Assembly: GCA_963787255.1 (NCBI GenBank) | Contig: CAWBCJ010000001.1 | Coordinates: 32,001-96,000 of the forward strand | Source: Methanobacteriota archaeon | GTDB lineage: Archaea > Methanobacteriota > Methanobacteria > Methanobacteriales > Methanobacteriaceae | Direction of reading: 5' to 3' | DNA length: 64,000 nt | In this document: positions 45,091 to 55,460 of the stretch, in pieces | How positions within the stretch are numbered: the stretch's first letter is position 1 | Layout: every line of letters begins with the position of its first letter | Notes under the pieces: model-generated | Databases searched by the model: none | What the model saw: the letters and a program-made list of their open reading frames with translations, nothing else | What the model was told of the DNA's origin: nothing | Program-made: the position numbers and the translations under genes

Positions 45091-46227
45091 TTAAAGTAGT
45101 GGGTAGAAATAGAGTGCTAATGCGCATATTATAATGGTGATAAACCAGTATAGGAGTATGATTTTCTTTTCAGAAAGCCCTTTATAATGTAAAGTATGAT
45201 GCAATGGTTCTACAGGTAATTTAATGATGTGTGCGCGATGTAAAAGACTTACAATAACTGAGAGGATGGGAATAGTAAGTGCAATTACTGCAAAGTAAAT
45301 AATATCACCTAAAAATGCTGCTGTGATGTAACCTGCGCCTAATGCAAATGATCCGGTATCTCCCATGAATATTGATGCCGGATACCGGTTTAATGCTAGG
45401 AATCCGAATGAAATACCTGCAAGTGCAATGAAGGGTATTGATCCATCAATATTTCCAACAGAAATAGAGAAAATTGCACATGCAGTGGATGCTATTGCTA
45501 GTATTCCTGCTGCAAGGCCGTCCATACCATCAATCAAGTTTACAGAGTTTATTGCACCAATTATACCAAATATTATTACCGGAATTATAAAAATACCTAG
45601 TTCAAATCCGAGTACAGCTGAACTGACCGCTCCTGTACCAATTAAAAATAGGGAAATTAGAAATTGGGCGAATATCTTTTCACTTTCTTTAACTTCGCTT
45701 TTTATAGGTGCTTCTCCGATTATTTCAACATTATTTTCTTTTAAATGTTTTTCAAGGTCTTCTTTAGCTTTAGGGGTTGCAATTCGTGCTTCTTCTCCCG
45801 GTTTAAGCATTAATCTGCCTATTTCTATTGTGGTGGAAGATAAGTTTTTGACTTTTTTTTGGATTTCCTTGGTTTTTAGACCTATTAAATCATCCATGAG
45901 GCCAATTATGCCTGCAGTCATCATCAACATTGCTGTGATGATTAAATTAGAATTATTAAAATATATGCATGCAGTAAGAAGAATTCCTAGAAGTATTGCA
46001 AGTCCTCCCATTGTTGGAGTTCCTGCTTTATGGCTGTGTTCTGTTACAATTGGTTTATCAGTTATATTAGCATCCTTCAGTATCTTTCTTACAAATAATG
46101 TGAAAAATAACGTTGATAGGAATGCCAGAAGAAATATAAAAATGTCTGTCTGTGAAATGTTCAACTTACCACCTGATTTCATATAATAATATTTATTATT
46201 TAATTTGTATGGTTCTTTTTTTTTCAA
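45091..46227 (-). CDS. MraY-like glycosyltransferase family 4 (start probably downstream of 46227)
   Basis: HKAGTPTMGG, DD, NLIDGMDGL, FMGDTGS, PLHH. Confidence 0.92.
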   Translation of the reverse strand: MKKKEPYKLNNKYYYMKSGGKLNISQTDIFIFLLAFLSTLFFTLFVRKILKDANITDKPIVTEHSHKAGTPTMGGLAILLGILLTACIYFNNSNLIITAMLMMTAGIIGLMDDLIGLKTKEIQKKVKNLSSTTIEIGRLMLKPGEEARIATPKAKEDLEKHLKENNVEIIGEAPIKSEVKESEKIFAQFLISLFLIGTGAVSSAVLGFELGIFIIPVIIFGIIGAINSVNLIDGMDGLAAGILAIASTACAIFSISVGNIDGSIPFIALAGISFGFLALNRYPASIFMGDTGSFALGAGYITAAFLGDIIYFAVIALTIPILSVIVSLLHRAHIIKLPVEPLHHTLHYKGLSEKKIILLYWFITIIICALALYFYPLL

Positions 46228-46294
46228 TTTGATTAATAGTAAATAATTTATGTTATTTTATTGAATTTTTATATTATGGTGTATATAATGCTTT

Positions 46295-47425
46295 TCAAGT
46301 TATATGAAACTTTTTATAATCAATATTTAACTTTCTTGCATTATTAAATGCTTTTTCCAGGGTTTCAGCACGGATTGTGATGCGTTGGAAATTTTCGGGG
46401 CCGTGAATTATATATGAATCGCTGCCTTTAAACACTCTGAAATTAAAATTATTTTTTTCTGTTTTATAGTTGCCGACAGGTAGCTCAAGCGCACAGTAAT
46501 TTTCAATTCGTTTTTCTACTTCTTTATTATTCCATTTACCTGCGGCCATATCCACGAGTTCATGCATCGGGCTTATGTTTGTGGACGCTGCAGTTAAGTA
46601 TCTAGTGCCACTAGGACGAGTATTTATTTCTATAAAATAACTAACAGCTTCATTTTCATCAAATATAATATCGATGTCAATTACACCTTCGGCACCTAAA
46701 GAATCGGCAATTATACCTGCTTGTTTCATTATTCCTTGATTATTCAGACTGTCTATATTTAATGGGGCTGTTTTTAGTTTATCTAGGGGGTGAATACCTT
46801 CATTAGTTGTTTTTCCTTTAAATACGGGTACAAGAGGAACAGTTTTTCCGTTATATCTTAATACCTCAATAGATATTTCTGTACCTTCAATAAATTTTTC
46901 TGCAAAAGCACCTTCAAAATCTGGTATTATATTATTATAATCTTCTTCATTCCAGACAATTTTTATTCCACTTCCACCTTGACCTTCCAATTTTTTAAAT
47001 ACAGCAGGTAAACTAGGTTTTTGTCCATTTTTTGAAATTTTACAAAAAGGTGGAGTATTTATTCCACTTTTAACGAAGAATTCTTTGGTTTTAAGTTTGT
47101 CTCTAGCAGTAATAACTGCTTCTAAAGGAGATGCTACTACCGGAATCCCGTAATCGTTTTCAAGTTCTTCTTTTAGTTTTGCGACTTCAATAAGGGGTTT
47201 ATCTATTCCAATTAGAGGTAAGACTGCGTCTACATCTTCTTTAATTGCGATTTCTTTAGGTGCTTCCATTCCCCTTGGAACGATGTAATGGCTGTCTGAT
47301 AACTTTAAGTTTGGTGAATCAGGGTTAGATTCAGTTAATATGGAGGTGATTCCTTCGTTTTTTGTATATATTGCTATATCGTCGAAAAGTCTTGCTCCGA
47401 TAAATAGTATCTTCATTTTTATCAC
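46295..47425 (-). CDS. ATP-grasp (CPS-like) protein
   Basis: DKLKTK, GQGGSG, EKFIEG.E, IEINTRP. Confidence 0.88.
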   Translation of the reverse strand: MIKMKILFIGARLFDDIAIYTKNEGITSILTESNPDSPNLKLSDSHYIVPRGMEAPKEIAIKEDVDAVLPLIGIDKPLIEVAKLKEELENDYGIPVVASPLEAVITARDKLKTKEFFVKSGINTPPFCKISKNGQKPSLPAVFKKLEGQGGSGIKIVWNEEDYNNIIPDFEGAFAEKFIEGTEISIEVLRYNGKTVPLVPVFKGKTTNEGIHPLDKLKTAPLNIDSLNNQGIMKQAGIIADSLGAEGVIDIDIIFDENEAVSYFIEINTRPSGTRYLTAASTNISPMHELVDMAAGKWNNKEVEKRIENYCALELPVGNYKTEKNNFNFRVFKGSDSYIIHGPENFQRITIRAETLEKAFNNARKLNIDYKKFHIT

Positions 47426-47644
47426 TGGAAATCAATTAAATAAAAATATTTAGTAATATTGATTTGTTTTAAGTTATTAAATACGTTAAGAAGTTTATTT
47501 TTATTATACTTAAATAATATTGAATTTTATTGGTTTCTTATCTTGATTTTTAGATATTTAAAGTCGAATGGTAATAATCATAGTATGATGAATTTCAATA
47601 AATTTATTAAAATTAAAAGTTAACATTATAATTGGTGATTAATA

Positions 47645-48001
47645 ATGGAACAAAAACACGGAGCTATTAAACAAGCTAGAAAACTAATGGGATTTTCTCC
47701 CGATGTATTAGACATGTATGAAGAACTAAACCCCGAACTATTAGAAATAATTGGAAAGTTTGATAAAATAATCCTAAAAGACGGAGCTTTACCCACTAAA
47801 ACCAAAAGATTAATTGCATTAGGCATCATAATCTCAAACCAATGCGGATACTGTGTTGAACAACAACTTAGAGCTGCGATTAATGCTGGAGCTACAAAAG
47901 AAGAAATAGTAGATTTAATGGGTGTTGTACTACTCACCTCTGGAGCGCCTGCACTGGCTTCATGCCGAGATACAATAGCAGAAATAATTAAAGAACTTTA
48001 G
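47645..48001 (+). CDS. Carboxymuconolactone decarboxylase/AhpD family
   Basis: GAL..KTKRLIA, CGYC, AGATKEEI. Confidence 0.9.
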   Translation: MEQKHGAIKQARKLMGFSPDVLDMYEELNPELLEIIGKFDKIILKDGALPTKTKRLIALGIIISNQCGYCVEQQLRAAINAGATKEEIVDLMGVVLLTSGAPALASCRDTIAEIIKEL

Positions 48002-48006
48002 AAGAA

Positions 48007-48468
48007 TTATATCAACTCAAAAAGAGTATTTACAACAATTTCAATACTCTTTTCAACTTCCTTAGATATTCCTTCAGCAAGCTCCATGTTCTTAGGTTGC
48101 ATTCCAACTAGAATGATCCGAGCACCAATTGTAGTTTCCATAAACTTAATTAAAAACGAAATAGGCATTGCATGGGTTGAAATGTTATACTTAGCTATTT
48201 CATCTTTTTGAACTACCCTAATATGTCCTGGTTCCTTCTTCATTTCCACCGCATCAACCAATATTATGTGGGTGGGCTCTTCATTCCTTATAAGACTCGT
48301 ATAATTTTCAGGAACAGTACCACCATCAAAAACAATAACATCATCATTTTTCTCAAATAGATCATTTAGTTTCCATACTATATTGGGACCCAGACCATCA
48401 TCGCCTTTTATTTCATTTCCTATACCTAAAATAACAATTTTCCCATGATTTTTAAGAAACTTTTTCAA
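48007..48468 (-). CDS. hycI: Hydrogenase maturation protease
   Basis: LGIGN..GDDG.G, PEN, VDA, STH. Confidence 0.9.
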   Translation of the reverse strand: MKKFLKNHGKIVILGIGNEIKGDDGLGPNIVWKLNDLFEKNDDVIVFDGGTVPENYTSLIRNEEPTHIILVDAVEMKKEPGHIRVVQKDEIAKYNISTHAMPISFLIKFMETTIGARIILVGMQPKNMELAEGISKEVEKSIEIVVNTLFELI

Positions 48469-49282
48469 CTCTTGTTTTAATACTATTTAATCCACCACCC
48501 ATCACATAACTGAGTTTGATCTCTATTTGATCTCCCATATCTACATTAATCCTTTTTATAGGAACAAGTAAGGGAGGATTCAACATGGGAGTTGGCCCGC
48601 AAATTATTTCTTCAGTAAGCAAAGTGAATGTTGTGATCTTAATTCCTGAGATAATTCCTTCTTTTAAAACTTTAAACTTAATATTAGCCTCTAACTCTTC
48701 TTCAATTTTATTTTTAAAATTAATTTCGTTATAAATTACTAGATCACTCATTACTTCATAATTAGGCTTTTGATTGGCTTCAGGGTCTTCATAACAGATG
48801 TAATCTCTATCCATGCTGATGATCTCAGCTCCATTTAGAATCTTGCATGGAATGATATCTCCATCTTTTTTAAGGTATTTTAAAATAGAATTGATTACCG
48901 GGATCTGTTCCTCGTCAATTAAAGCGGTGTCTAACATTTCACAGATAATTAAATCGGCCTTATCTTGAAAAATAACTTCTTTTGCATCTTTATTGATTAA
49001 AATAATATTATTGAATGGTTTAAAATTATATTCGGCAAATTTTGCTGCTTTAGTATCGATTTCAATAGAATAAACAAAGTTAGAATGAAAAGAGGCTAAA
49101 ATAGATAAAATTCCGCAGCCTGCACCAATATCATAAACTATTCCATTGGCTTTTTGTGTTATTGCTTCGTGGAAGGCTGTTAGTCTTTCTTCATCAGATA
49201 AAAGATTAAAATGATAAGGTGTTGTGCGCATTTTAGTTTTTAGTGACTTTAAGTCTACTATAGGCTGTTTTAAAGCGCACAT
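48452..49282 (-). CDS. SAM-dependent methyltransferase
   Basis: DIGAGCGILS, ICEMLDTALIDE. Confidence 0.88.
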   Translation of the reverse strand: MCALKQPIVDLKSLKTKMRTTPYHFNLLSDEERLTAFHEAITQKANGIVYDIGAGCGILSILASFHSNFVYSIEIDTKAAKFAEYNFKPFNNIILINKDAKEVIFQDKADLIICEMLDTALIDEEQIPVINSILKYLKKDGDIIPCKILNGAEIISMDRDYICYEDPEANQKPNYEVMSDLVIYNEINFKNKIEEELEANIKFKVLKEGIISGIKITTFTLLTEEIICGPTPMLNPPLLVPIKRINVDMGDQIEIKLSYVMGGGLNSIKTRVEKVS

Positions 49283-49368
49283 ACTGGATTCTTTTACTTA
49301 TATATGATCAGACTACTATCTCTATTGTCTGATAAAATAATAAGTGAGTATTTAAAAAAAAATTAAAT

Positions 49369-49818
49369 TTATGGTGAAATTGTACTACTAGCACCGGATT
49401 TTTCTAGATCCATTTGTTTTCCGATTGCAGTACTGGTTAAACGTACGTGTTCTACACCTTTTAATCTCATTATTTTTTCTGAGAGTGTTCTGATGTATTT
49501 AACATCGCCTTTAACGACTACTACTTCAAGACAGTGTTTATCGGTCATGTGTACGTGCATTACTGCATTAATGAAATCTTTGTAATCGTGCTGGATTTCT
49601 GTAAGGTCTTCCATTACTCCTGTGTAGTGGTGGTCGTAGATTACGGCGATTATTCCGATTCTTTCTCCTTCCATCTCGTTCATCCATTGGTATCTTACAA
49701 TGTAGTCTTTTAATGCATCTCTGATACCTTTTGATCGGGATTGATATCCTCTATCTTTTAGAACTCCATCAAATTCATTTAACAATTTTTTTGGTAGTGA
49801 CATACTAATTCTCATCAC
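49369..49818 (-). CDS. nikR: Nickel-responsive regulator NikR
   Basis: RISMSL RHH, SRS..IRDA, YDHH, QH, HVH...C. Confidence 0.96.
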   Translation of the reverse strand: MMRISMSLPKKLLNEFDGVLKDRGYQSRSKGIRDALKDYIVRYQWMNEMEGERIGIIAVIYDHHYTGVMEDLTEIQHDYKDFINAVMHVHMTDKHCLEVVVVKGDVKYIRTLSEKIMRLKGVEHVRLTSTAIGKQMDLEKSGASSTISP

Positions 49819-50040
49819 ATTTTCCCCTCCGTTATTACTTTATTATTATCATACTATTTTATAGTATTTAAATGTTGTTACTTTACAACAATATTGTGCA
49901 AGCACAACAATATTTATGCATATTATTTTCTTAAAACATATGATATAATACAGTTTCATTATCTTTGTACTATTTAAATATTGTCCTTTACAAGCAATAT
50001 TGTTCCATGATAACAACAAATATTGTTAATAATTTCCAAT

Positions 50041-50076
50041 AATAGTAATATATATTATGTTATAAGTATTACTATT
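50041..50076. promoter_or_regulatory. AATAGTAATA-N16-TATTACTATT palindrome in the nikR/CBS divergent region
   Basis: Perfect 10-bp inverted half sites. Confidence 0.65.
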
Positions 50077-50165
50077 AACATTTTTTGAAAAACACTCTAA
50101 TTCCCACAATAGCAATATAAACTTGAAAAAACAATACTATATGTATACCAAAAAGGAGTGATAGA

Positions 50166-50564
50166 ATGGAAGTTAGAGAAGCAATGAATCAAGGCATAAT
50201 ATCAATCAGTCCAGATACCAGCCCGCTTGAAGCATTTGAAAAAATGTACAAAGAAGGAGTAAGAAGACTATTCGTTATGGATGATGGAAAAGCTGTTGGC
50301 GTAATATCCTACCTTGATCTTGTAGGTGTACTAGGAACATTAACACCCCGCATTAAAGAATCTGGAGACTTAAAAATCAGTAAAATAATGTCAGAAGATA
50401 TAATGACTATTGATGCAGGAGATAAAATTCAAGATGCAGCAAATTTAATGCTAAGAGCTGACATATCAGGCCTACTAGTCTTAGAAAGCGAAAAACCTAT
50501 AGGAGTAATTACAAAAACCGATATTTGCAGGTTAGTAGCAGCAGAAATCTTAGTTCCACAATAA
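50166..50564 (+). CDS. CBS-pair protein
   Basis: Two CBS motifs (GVIS..DL, GVITKTDI). Confidence 0.9.
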   Translation: MEVREAMNQGIISISPDTSPLEAFEKMYKEGVRRLFVMDDGKAVGVISYLDLVGVLGTLTPRIKESGDLKISKIMSEDIMTIDAGDKIQDAANLMLRADISGLLVLESEKPIGVITKTDICRLVAAEILVPQ

Positions 50565-50695
50565 ATACTACCAATAATAATTACAATAATTTATTTAATA
50601 AAATTACAAATATTCCGTTATACAAAAATCATTAATTTTAATTATTTATTACAATTTTTTAAAATAAGCAAAAAAAAATATATCCACATATTAAA

Positions 50696-50769
<74 letters not shown>

Positions 50770-50771
50770 GA

Positions 50772-50845
50772 TGCGGCGTCCGGGATTTGAACCCGGGTCA
50801 CTGACGTGGCAGGCCAGAGTCTTAACCAGACTGGACTAACGCCGC
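50772..50845 (-). tRNA. tRNA-Gly (GCC)
   Basis: Cloverleaf GCGGCGT/ACGCCGC, loop CT-GCC-AC; TTTATATA upstream; 2-nt spacer to the next tRNA. Confidence 0.97.
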
Positions 50846-50956
50846 ATACCCCTAATTTTAGGCTCATAGTATATAAACATTTAGGTAAATGGAAATCAAA
50901 TATCAAATTAAACTTAAAAATATGTTTCTAATTCATACTATTATAATTTCATATAT

Positions 50957-52003
50957 TTATATCCACTTTTTCCTTCTAAAGTAAATCAACATGAAAACAG
51001 CGAGTATAAACATGACTAATAAAACAATAGGATATGAAAGAGGATGCTCAATTTCAGGCATAAATCTAAAATTCATCCCATAAAGACCAACAATAAAAGT
51101 TAAAGGAACAAAAATAGTTGATATAATTGTTAAAACCCTTACAATTTCATTTAATCTATTACTGGTACTTGAAAGATAAATATCAAGCATTTCAGAAATT
51201 CTATCTCTAAATGATTCCAGTGTTTCAAAAACATGCATTGAATGATCATAAACGTCACGAATGTAAAAGTTGGTTGATTCCTCAATTAGAGAATAGTCCT
51301 TTGATTCAAGGTCGCTTAACATTTCTCGAAGGGGCCAGATCGCTTTTCTTAAAGTAATAATGTCTATTTTGATATGATGAATAAGCTGGAGAACATTGGA
51401 ATTTACATTTTTAATTAATTCTTCTTCTATTAACTCTATTCTATCTTCAAGCTCTTCTAAATCTAAGAAATAACTATCAATTACAGTATCAATAAGAGAA
51501 TATAGCAAATAGTCTGCCCCTCTTTTTCTTATTGGATTGTCCTTCGATTTCAACCGTTTTAAAACCATGTCAAATATTTTATCATTATCATCCTGGAAAC
51601 TGATTACAAGATTATTTTCAAGGATAAAGCTAATTTGTTTAGTGGTTATACGGTCTTCTTTGTCAGTATCAAATAATTTCAAAACAAGATATAGATAATC
51701 ATTATAATCTTCAATTTTAGGTCTTTGATTGGTATTTAAAATGTCTTCCACCACTAATAGGTGTAAATTAAAACATTTACCTATTTCTTTTAATTTTTCT
51801 ATCCCTGAAAAGCCATTTATCTTTATCCATTTGATTGTATCTTTATTTTTAAATTCAGGGCATTTTTCAATTGTTTTCTGGTGAAAAGTTTCTTTATCGA
51901 ATTCAATAAAGGTTATTGTAGTTTCTATATCCTTTTTACCTGTGTAAATTAAAGATCCTGGTGGAAGGCCTGGTTTTTTGGATAGTCGCTTAATATTCAA
52001 CAT
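50957..52003 (-). CDS. corA: Mg/Co transporter CorA
   Basis: GLPPGSL, QRPK, YGMNF. Confidence 0.96.
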   Translation of the reverse strand: MLNIKRLSKKPGLPPGSLIYTGKKDIETTITFIEFDKETFHQKTIEKCPEFKNKDTIKWIKINGFSGIEKLKEIGKCFNLHLLVVEDILNTNQRPKIEDYNDYLYLVLKLFDTDKEDRITTKQISFILENNLVISFQDDNDKIFDMVLKRLKSKDNPIRKRGADYLLYSLIDTVIDSYFLDLEELEDRIELIEEELIKNVNSNVLQLIHHIKIDIITLRKAIWPLREMLSDLESKDYSLIEESTNFYIRDVYDHSMHVFETLESFRDRISEMLDIYLSSTSNRLNEIVRVLTIISTIFVPLTFIVGLYGMNFRFMPEIEHPLSYPIVLLVMFILAVFMLIYFRRKKWI

Positions 52004-52339
52004 TTTTTCACTATTATTACATTATTCATTTTATTTGTAATAACAGTATAACATTTTTATATATATTTTATGTTCTTATTTCATATTTTTAAAGCATCAA
52101 AATCATTGTATTGCTGAATAGCATATAATAATCAATTAAACTAAGAAATATAGGCTGACTTAATCTTTTAATCACTTAAAGTATCTTAAATAATGAAAAC
52201 ATTTATATATTAAGTAATTGAAAATGTCTTTCGATTTAAATACATAGATATTTTCAACTATAAACTATTTTAAAAAAAATAGAACCTTTATTGTCGTTAG
52301 TATCATAAAAATTGTGATAATAAAACAGGAGGCTTAAAA

Positions 52340-53713
52340 ACGGACATAAATTTTAAGAAATATGGACTACCAGTGGCTATACTTGCTTTTATAGTCGTAA
52401 TGCTAATTCCTATGAATGGTTTAAGTTATCCTGGTCAAGCAGCAATCGCATTACTTGTATTCGCCATAATAATGTGGGCGACAGAAGCCGTACACCTAGC
52501 TGTTACTTCTTTAATAATATTGTTTATACAGCCCATAATTGGAGTTGAGAGTTTTAACGATGCTGTAATTGGTTTTGCCAATCCTATCATCTTCCTTATG
52601 ATCGGTGGTTTTATTATTGCTGAGGCAATTCGTAAAAGCGGATTAGCTACACGTTTAACCTATGTAATGCTTAATAAGTTTGGTACCAGTCCAGATAGAA
52701 GCATTTTTGTTGCAGTATTTTCAACAGGACTATTATCTGCATGGATTGAAAACGTTGTAGCCTTTGCAATGCTACTTCCCATCATCAAAAGTATCATACC
52801 ACTTATGGGAGTTAAAGATCCCGAAAAAGGTAAAAGTAACTTCGCAAAAGCCATGATTCTTGGAGCATCCTACGGTTCTCTTGCCGGAGGATTCGGAACA
52901 GAAATAGGAACCGCCCCTAACTTAATGGCAGCAGCATACACAGGAATACCATTTGCAACCTGGATGGTCTTCGGATTCCCACTAGCAATTATAATGATGC
53001 TTATAATCTGGAAATTACTCGGAAGAATATACAAACCAGAAGTAAGCGGAATAGTAGGCGGAATGGACACTATCACCTCCAAAATCGAATCATTAGGATC
53101 CATGAGTAAAACAGAAAAACTCACACTAATTATACTCCTATTCACAATTGGACTATGGGTTACAACAAGTATCACAGGGCTAAACAGTTACTCAGTTGCT
53201 TTAATTGGTGCAGTACTCTTTTTCATATTCAAAGTTATCGACTGGCATGATGCTCAAAATGGTGTTGACTGGGGTTTAATAATCTTCTTCGGAGGAGCAC
53301 TATCTCTTGGAGCAGCATTATTAAATACTGGAGCAGCAGCATGGCTCATAAACGACCTACTAGGATTACTAGGTAACAACGTATCAACACTTGCAATAAC
53401 AATAGTTCTGATGATTATTGCAGTCAGCATAACACAAGTAATGTCTAACATTGCATTAGCAGCAATATTAATACCACTATCAGTCACACTCGCAGCAGCA
53501 CAGGGACAACCAGTAGGAACATACGCAGTACCAGTAGCAATCGCCTGCAGTCTCTCATTCGCACTTCCAATGGCAGACCCAACAGTCGCCATGGCTTACG
53601 GAACAGGATACGTGAAAATAACGGAAATACTAAAAGCAGGAATACCACTAATAGTGATAGGCATTATAATAGCCATTATAGTCCTAACCCTTGCAAAACC
53701 ATTACTTGGATAA
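52340..53713 (+). CDS. DASS/SLC13 sodium:anion symporter
   Basis: Multi-TM, SAWIEN, IGTAPN, MSN; RBS position points to an in-frame ACG at 52340. Confidence 0.9.
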   Translation, partial: TDINFKKYGLPVAILAFIVVMLIPMNGLSYPGQAAIALLVFAIIMWATEAVHLAVTSLIILFIQPIIGVESFNDAVIGFANPIIFLMIGGFIIAEAIRKSGLATRLTYVMLNKFGTSPDRSIFVAVFSTGLLSAWIENVVAFAMLLPIIKSIIPLMGVKDPEKGKSNFAKAMILGASYGSLAGGFGTEIGTAPNLMAAAYTGIPFATWMVFGFPLAIIMMLIIWKLLGRIYKPEVSGIVGGMDTITSKIESLGSMSKTEKLTLIILLFTIGLWVTTSITGLNSYSVALIGAVLFFIFKVIDWHDAQNGVDWGLIIFFGGALSLGAALLNTGAAAWLINDLLGLLGNNVSTLAITIVLMIIAVSITQVMSNIALAAILIPLSVTLAAAQGQPVGTYAVPVAIACSLSFALPMADPTVAMAYGTGYVKITEILKAGIPLIVIGIIIAIIVLTLAKPLLG

Positions 53714-53924
53714 TAAGTTATTAGAAAATGTAGAATCACATTTTCTACACTCTTTTTTATTTAAATCTATTGTCCTTTATTTTCTTTTTTTATTAATCAG
53801 AAAAATTTATTACTAATATTATGCTATTTTTAAAGGGTAAATAATATTATATAAAATATTAAATAGTCTATACATTCGATACATTTATATAGAGATGAAA
53901 GGCAACATTCTTCCGGTGAGCTAA

Positions 53925-54956
53925 ATGGACATATTTTTAATAGAGTTAATAGTGATTTTAATTGTTTCTTTAATCATAGTAATAAAATCAGCTGATATAT
54001 TTGTAGACAATTTAGTGGAAATAGGCGCTCTAGTTGGAATATCACAAATAATATTGGGTGTAACGGCATCAGCTATTGGGACATCTCTACCCGAATTTGG
54101 TTCTGCAATGATAGCTACTTTCACTGGTAGTGCAGATATAGGGGTTGGTGTTGTAATTGGATCAAATATATGGAACATTGCAGGTATATTAGGTATTACA
54201 GCAGCATTTACAGGAGTAATTAAGACCAGTCCTAAAGGATTATCTCGAGATGGGGCAGTAACACTTGCTACAGCATTAATTCTTATATTTTTCATGTTCT
54301 TCGGCGATATTGGTAAAATAGCAGCTATTGTTTTCATAATAGTCTATGCAATTTATCTAAGAGCATTAATAAAATCTCAAAAAGAAGAAACTGCTGAAAA
54401 TAACGAAAAACAGATTGAAAATGAACTCGAAAACAGTGAAAAACAAATTGAAAATGAGTCTAAAGTTAAAGAAGGTTCATTTCTATCTAAACTTAAAACT
54501 ATCAGTCCTAAAACCCTAATATGGACTTTAATAGGGCTTGCAGGGTTGATAGTTGGATGTAGACTATTAGTTTATAGTGGAGTAGAACTTGGAAAAATTT
54601 TGGGTATTCCTGAAATGATTATGGGACTCTTTACACTTGCAATAGGAACAAGCATACCTGAACTTGTTGTTACCTTTTCATCTGCTAGGAAAGGATTGCA
54701 CGATTTATCAATAGGAACTATATTAGGAAGTAACACCTTTAATATCATGATAGGTATTGGATTACCTGCTCTCTTTCTAAATATACCTGTAGAACCTCTT
54801 TCACTTGCATTTGATGCTCCAGTAATGATTTTTGTCACAATACTAGTGCTTCTACTAATAAAAAGAGGCATGAAACTTACTAGAGTTGATGGAATCATAT
54901 TAATGGCAACTTATGTTGCATATGCGGTTATAAGAATAGGATTTTTAGGGGGATAA
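53925..54956 (+). CDS. Ca2+/Na+ antiporter (CaCA family)
   Basis: GTSLPE and GTSIPE alpha repeats, GSN motifs. Confidence 0.93.
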   Translation: MDIFLIELIVILIVSLIIVIKSADIFVDNLVEIGALVGISQIILGVTASAIGTSLPEFGSAMIATFTGSADIGVGVVIGSNIWNIAGILGITAAFTGVIKTSPKGLSRDGAVTLATALILIFFMFFGDIGKIAAIVFIIVYAIYLRALIKSQKEETAENNEKQIENELENSEKQIENESKVKEGSFLSKLKTISPKTLIWTLIGLAGLIVGCRLLVYSGVELGKILGIPEMIMGLFTLAIGTSIPELVVTFSSARKGLHDLSIGTILGSNTFNIMIGIGLPALFLNIPVEPLSLAFDAPVMIFVTILVLLLIKRGMKLTRVDGIILMATYVAYAVIRIGFLGG

Positions 54957-54960
54957 CTAG

Positions 54961-55416
54961 ATGTATGAGAAAATTTTAGTACCAACTACTGGCGAATATC
55001 TTGATGAAATAATTGAACATACTCTTGATTTAGTACATGGAAGACCAATGGAAGTTATTGGTCTTTATGTAGTAGATAATTCTGCACCTTTTTTAACTCC
55101 AAGTAAAGTAAAAGAAATGATGGTTACTGAGCTAAAAGAGAGAGGAAAAAAAGTTTTAGAAAGCATGGAACAGGAATTCCAAAAGATAAATAATAATGCT
55201 ATCAAGTTTAGACCAATGCTTGTTGAAGGGAATCCTGCTCATAAAATTGTTAAAATTGCTGAAAAAGAAAATATAGACGTTATAGTTATGGGTACTGGAA
55301 AAAGCAAAATAGATAAGAATTTACTTGGAAGCGTATCAGAAAAAGTAGTACATGCTGCTCCGTGTACAATACTATTGATAAGGTCAAAACACAAACCTTT
55401 AGAAGATATTGAATAG
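54961..55416 (+). CDS. Universal stress protein
   Basis: KILVPT, IVMG..G...[10 protein letters not shown]. Confidence 0.93.
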   Translation: MYEKILVPTTGEYLDEIIEHTLDLVHGRPMEVIGLYVVDNSAPFLTPSKVKEMMVTELKERGKKVLESMEQEFQKINNNAIKFRPMLVEGNPAHKIVKIAEKENIDVIVMGTGKSKIDKNLLGSVSEKVVHAAPCTILLIRSKHKPLEDIE

Positions 55417-55460
55417 GTTTGTAGAATTAATATTCTACATTTTCTTTTATTTTAAAAATT

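Noticed and set aside
45365-46186. 273-aa + strand ORF and similar long antisense ORFs (35332, 39461, 39802, 53921)
   Set aside because: Shadows of well-supported genes on the opposite strand.
54400-54460. EKQIENE duplication in the CaCA antiporter
   Set aside because: Ordinary short duplication in the variable cytoplasmic loop.
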